Origin: Antedon mediterranea
Lineage: Eukaryota; Animalia; Echinodermata
Direction of reading: 5' to 3'
NCBI RefSeq assembly: GCF_964355755.1
Contig: NC_092676.1
Span: forward strand, 26,430,871 to 26,494,870
DNA: 64,000 nucleotides
Both the position numbers and the translations under genes were made by a program. Below, one piece after another: positions 53,560-64,000 of this stretch. Position 1 is the stretch's first letter. Each line of letters begins with the position of its first letter. Below the pieces are notes generated by a model. That model ran no database searches and was not told the DNA's origin. It saw only the letters and a list, made by a program, of their open reading frames with translations.

Positions 53560-56190
53560 CTATTCATATTTTTCTCTCAATTTGTTTTTTAATAAAACTG
53601 GTAAAATAGATAATATTGCAAAGAACGCTAGTACAAGTATTGATGTCCATGAAACTGCTTCGCCGTAATATGTCAACTGGTAGAGGGTTGTTCCAGCTTG
53701 AATCGCAACAAACGAGGGCGGTGCAACTCCTAAAAAACAAGACATAGTCAAATAATTGATAATAAAAAATAAAAGAAAAATTGCTAAAAATATAAATCTA
53801 TAACAAACTGGTGAGGTGATATTAATGAACCAATTTGATAAACTTAACACATACCTAAAAAAGTTCCTATGAAGAATGGTGTAAGAGACACCTTTAGAAC
53901 TGGTGAGGTGATATTGATAAACCAATTTGGTAGGAATGGTGTTATCCTCAAAAAGATGATGTAGTTCAGTATATCATCTTTATGTTTCTCAACCTGCAAA
54001 AAAAGTAATTGTTCAAAAATAAAGTGAATTTTATTCATGCTAATTATATTTGTGGCAAAAACTAATTCAGATTCAAGTTTTATAATAGGAAATCCCATAT
54101 GTGTAGTTCACTCAGCTTATATTAAAATATAATTGTTAAATTTAAACATACAGCAAATTTCAATTTGTAATACTTACAGTACTTGCCCATTTATCCACCC
54201 TATCGGGAATGTATTTTCTGACCAGTCGAACCCCAACAAGATCCGATAACAAATAACAAAAAGATGCACCTAATGAAGAACACTGTCAATCAAACAAATG
54301 ATTAAAAAAATATATGCAATATTGTTTTAACCAAATTTTTTTAGTACACTTAATTATTTTTCTTACAGCACCTAAAATGAATTGATTATTGATAATGTTT
54401 ATTATTAACTTACCAAACAGACAAGGAATAGTGCAATTGGAAAGTAGAAAAGAAATCCTGACAAAATACTTAAAAATATAGAACCAGGAATTGCGAATGT
54501 TTGAAGGCTAGAAAAAAGTTAAGAAAAAGAAAATCTGCTGCGATAGTAGAGGACATAACCCTTGCAACATCTACAAAAGCTCCTTATAATATGTTGTATC
54601 TTTCCTAGCCTCACATTTCAAAAAGTCAAGAACACAGAAAAACAAATTAAAATGTTTTAAATGTCTGTAAACTGTCATATCTCTTTGACAGGAGAACAGC
54701 TCACATCTTAAATTTGCAAAGCGAATATCCAAGACTGGCCATTCTGCTGATCTATTATCTTTAACGAGGTTTGAGAGTCACAGGAGATTGCTCCCTAATA
54801 GGAACCAAGTATCACAGGAGATTGCTCCCTATAGGAACCAAGTATCACAATTACCATCTGGAACTGCCAGCTTTAGCAACAGCCCAATCCCCTACTTCAT
54901 CCGCCTGATCCCATTGTATTTTTTTAAATTTTTCATCTTTTTATGTATTTTATATATTTGTGTGTTTTTTATATAAGAGGTTACACAAAATTTGAATAAA
55001 AGTATATGATAACATGGTGAACATTGGCTACATATTTTGAGTGTAAAATCAGGTATTAAAAAGGGTAACTCTGTCTGAAGTTAGTTTGAGTCTAGATGCC
55101 AATCATCGCTGTTTGTAATAACACTGCCTTTCAATAAAACATATTCAGAAACTGAAACAAAAAGGATACAATACGTAAGTGGTAAAGAAGCCAGCAGTGA
55201 CGGCAAATAGATTGTTCTCTCTGTAACGAGATAAAACACGACCCAAATCCTTCGCATCATCAAGACTCTTGGGTAATTTAATATATTGATACTCATCTCT
55301 GAAATTAAAAAAAGATCATCAAAATACAAAACTGTTAAATTGATAGTCACATCAGTTTAAACACAGTATAACTGTAATAATAGTTAATAGTATAACTATA
55401 ACTTGTTATTGATACTTATAACTTATCATAGACAATAACATACAGTATGTCATATTATTTATATCACATATAAACAAAACAGGAAAAAGACGACTTACGG
55501 TTCTATTTCTGGAAAATTGTAATAAACTAACGCCATCATTATTGTAGAAGAAGCAAATATAAGTGCAAGAAGAATAAAAGATTTTCTTGTTGAACGCATT
55601 TCTTTTTTCTCGTCTTCTATTTTACAAAAAAGATAAATTTAAAAATACATATAGTGTACATGGATACAATTTATTTGAATACATTTTATGTAAATTAATA
55701 TAATATGTTTACTCCTGCAATATGTAAAAAAGTAAGGTAAATTAATAAAATATTATTCATTACATTTAGTTACTCGGAAATCAACTACGTCGTACGATTA
55801 ATAATGATTAAGAGTAAATTGAAACGCGATGCTTGCCATGAATTTTTTCTTTTAAACAACAATTACAAACCTAGCTATAAGTATAATATTAATAATATAT
55901 ATTTTTTTAACAACCCATAAAAAAATGTCTAGGCCTGGGCCTATCACATCATCTTCTACTTACTAGACTACAACAACCACACAACAAAGCCTGAGTAAGG
56001 CGGCCTCTAGTAGTATTATTACATAACATGGTCTCATCATTTAGTAATAGTATTAGTAGGCCTAGGCCTAGCCTTTATGACTTGGTGGTCATTTTGTTCT
56101 TAAAAAAAACATGTTATAGTTACCATTTTCATTTAAATTTCGTATACTTTCTCTTGCTTGTGGTCTCTGTACAACATCCGGAGTACTCAT
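53560..56190 (-). CDS. TMEM41B: Transmembrane protein 41B (Stasimon; DedA/VTT-domain ER lipid scramblase)
   Basis: Exons 56190-56124, 55616-55499, 55298-55170, 54507-54414, 54282-54178, 53993-53855, 53729-53560. LQTFAIPGSIFLSILSGFL, CSSLGASFCYLLS, NYIIFLRITPFLPNWFINITSP, GTFLGVAPPSFVAI.AGTTLYQL. Confidence 0.95.
54508..55169 (-). other. TMEM41B: U12-type (minor spliceosome) GT-AG intron in TMEM41B
   Basis: 5' splice site |GTATCCTTT. Branch point TTCTTAAC about 10 nt upstream of the 3' AG. Joining restores the reading frame TYVF-LQTF. Confidence 0.9.
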
Positions 56191-61138
<4,948 letters not shown>

Positions 61139-61601
61139 TGACGAAAATGTGTTTTGCTAAAAAATATAGTTGAATTACTGAACACAAAACTGAAAAGAAC
61201 TGAAGTCAACTGAAAAGAACTGGTTGACATAAGCTCTTGAAGTAAGTGAACGCAATTGACATCAATGGAACGCAACTTATATTTCACTTGGAATAACTAG
61301 GCCAGTTATTTTCATTTTATAGTGGAAATAAAACAAGTAGTTCCTTTTAATTGCACCCAGTTACTTTAATCTTACTACTAATGTTTTTGTATTGTACTGT
61401 AAATAGTAATTCTATAATATATTCTATATATAAAGTAAGTTGTTAATTATTATTAAACAAAATTTGTACTAAAATCGAAAGTGGTTTCATATTTTTGTGT
61501 GTACATTTATGAATTTTGTAAAGATAAACTTATTCAAATATATCTTTCACTTTAAGGATTAAAGATTTTAAGTACCTTTTCCTTGACCCTTTAATTCCTA
61601 A

Positions 61602-61737
61602 GGCTCTGTCTACACTATGAAACTTCATGTGACAAAAAATGTGATGTGCTCAAATATGGTAGTGATTGCACAAACATAGTAGTGATATGACAACATCACA
61701 TTTTTTTGACACAAAGTTTCATAGTGTAGACAGAGCC
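61602..61737. mobile_element. MITE family 1 variant with GGCTCTGTCTACACTATGAAACTT TIRs
   Basis: ggctctgtctacactatgaaactt ... aagtttcatagtgtagacagagcc; both TIRs carry the same variant bases. Confidence 0.85.
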
Positions 61738-62602
61738 TAGGATCCTTATAGAAATAGAGATACTGTATTTTCGTAATATTCTTTTAACAAAGTTGAATGA
61801 CTAGGTTTACCTTACTTAACCTTTTGTAACACATTGTACTTTTCCCCCAATCACATGTCCACAAATAATTGCTTAAAACCACAATGTTTGTTGATGTGAC
61901 CTTGCCTGTTTCACGATCAGATTTGGTATGTTAATATGCCAGTATCTTCAACTGTAATACGATTTTAAACGGAATATGCTTCATATACACAACTTATTAT
62001 AGTCACAGGGGTATGAATTGGCAAAAAGGTATGGGCTGGGATTACACTCAGATTGCAATCAAGTCTTGAGGCCAAATTTAGGGAATGGGACAATACTTGA
62101 ACATGGGATTATTTTCGGTCATACTGCAACTATAAAGTCTATAGAGTCCATCAATCGAGATTTGTTTATTATTATATTCAAGCATATTGGATCATAATGG
62201 TATAACATTATATGTACTGTAATGCCTTATTTTAGTTTCAACCCGAGTTGCTATAAATCTTACACACTGTATGATAGTAATTCTAACATTGTTAAAACTT
62301 TTAACCGGAATTATAAATACTGTACGAATATTATTATTTTACTTCCAGGAGATATTAACTGTAAATCCTGGAGATTTCGCGCCAGGGAAATCCTGGAGAT
62401 TCCAGGGAAATCCTGAATTTTGGAATAAATAATTAGATGCTAACCTCAAAATGTAAGGTCTCACGATGGTACAGTATGAGTTTCTGGAATGATGTGGGTG
62501 TAGTTGGTGGAATGATTCTCTCAACTATTCCAGAATTGACATATCAGAGCTATTTTTTTCAAAACCCTGTATCTCAACAAAATATAATTTTACACGGCTT
62601 AA

Positions 62603-62909
62603 AGATGTATTGTCCCCCTAAAAAAAATAATTCTTAACAACGTTTTTGTTGAATATGCCATTTTAATGTAACATAATAGTTATCCACTTTGACCAAAAAA
62701 TGGATTGAAAAAAAATGTATTTACCTGAAAAAACTGTAATTTATAGCAAAAAAAACGGTCAAAGGTTCAATTTAACCATTTACTTTGTCATTGTATAAGT
62801 GAAAACATTATTTTTTTTCTACTGAAGTGGATTAACTTTATTGAAACTACAAAATAACATTAAAAGTCTGATTTAATTAATCTTCATGTTTTTGGGGGAC
62901 AATACATCT
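62603..62909. mobile_element. TTAA-flanked MITE with AG...CT termini (Kolobok-like); internally deleted sister at 8484-8535
   Basis: TTAA|AGATGTATTGTCCCCC...GGGGGACAATACATCT|TTAA. Confidence 0.8.
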
Positions 62910-64000
62910 TTAAAGTTGATCTGGCTTTGTAAATAACATAAGAAACTGTTGACATAATCTTGTTGACATTCATTATACTGTATAATATACCTCTTTTATT
63001 GATCTCTACTCAAGTCGGGGTGAAATTTCTTTACGTCTGGTTGATTTCTACAATAGCTTTAAGAATGTGTCTTGCTATACATTAAACTGTCTTTTTAAAT
63101 AATAATGAATTGTGAAAAAAAAAACCTGTTGTTGCTGATGAAATATCTGACTCATGTTGGAAATTCCTGATTTCTTGGTAATGTTGACAGTAGGCCTATA
63201 GTCTATCATACTTAATTGACACACCCCATAAGTGCGACAGGAATGACAAAACAAAAGCATGGATTTTTTATTAGGAATTTCTACAATTGTTCTTATTTCA
63301 AAGGCATCCAACAGCGAGAAACCCACCGATTAGAGGATGGATAAATTATTTTATAATTTATCGTGCTTATAAACTAATCGATTGAGGCTTAGGAAGTGGA
63401 TTTGAAAGCGTTGTGAGTTACAACTCTGGCACTTGGGATTGGAAGGCAGGTTAACCAAACTGCACTCTGGATTTGAACAAATAACATTTTTATTCTGTCA
63501 AAAATAAATATAAAAAAAAATAGTTCTTAATGTCATTTTAACTGTCAAAAGGGGAAAGCATGACCTGAGGATTACCCCTGGATCCGCCCCTGGTATATCT
63601 TTACAGACTATGGGTCAGATGTTATGATTTAAAATTAGTTTAAAGCCATTCTACACTCATTGAACATGATTACCAAGAATTTGGTTTGAGTCATTCATTT
63701 GAGTTTCAGAATAGAGCATGTGCCTTTACTTTTTCTGTCTGATTTTTTTTTTTTAATTGATAAACCAGCACACAGATTTATTTTTAAATCAACATAAATC
63801 ATTCAAGTAGACACGCGTGTCAAAACTGTCAACATTGTATTAAGCCATTGAACAAAATGATAAATATGATGATGATAAAACAAATATCAGATAAAGAGAT
63901 TATTTCTACTTAGGAATTCCAATGTCAGAGTTCAGCTACTTTGTATAATGGAGGGTGAAAGTTCAGGTGCAAGAAAGTAGATTGGTCAGGGGAAATGAAA

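Overview
AT-rich, intron-rich animal genomic DNA, not prokaryotic. A DeuSINE-like element and the gene content suggest an invertebrate deuterostome, possibly an echinoderm (inference). Six spliced protein-coding genes were reconstructed by hand: ACSS3 (+, with two duplicated alternative last exons), PHRF1 (-), RERG (-), THYN1 (-), TMEM41B (-, with a U12 minor intron) and TTLL1 (+, head-to-head with TMEM41B). Between the convergent ACSS3 and PHRF1 3' ends lies a ~5.4-kb tandem array built almost entirely of two alternating long palindromes. The window also holds many MITEs (PIF/Harbinger-, Tc1/mariner-, hAT- and Kolobok-like), tRNA-derived SINEs and minisatellites. TAGGCCTA, TAGGCTA and TACAGTA/TACTGTA words are strongly over-represented. 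In two places a comparison of paralogous copies shows TAGGCCTA or TAGGCTA as an insertion at a TA dinucleotide, which looks like a transposon excision scar. All coordinates and counts were read by eye; no database searches were run.
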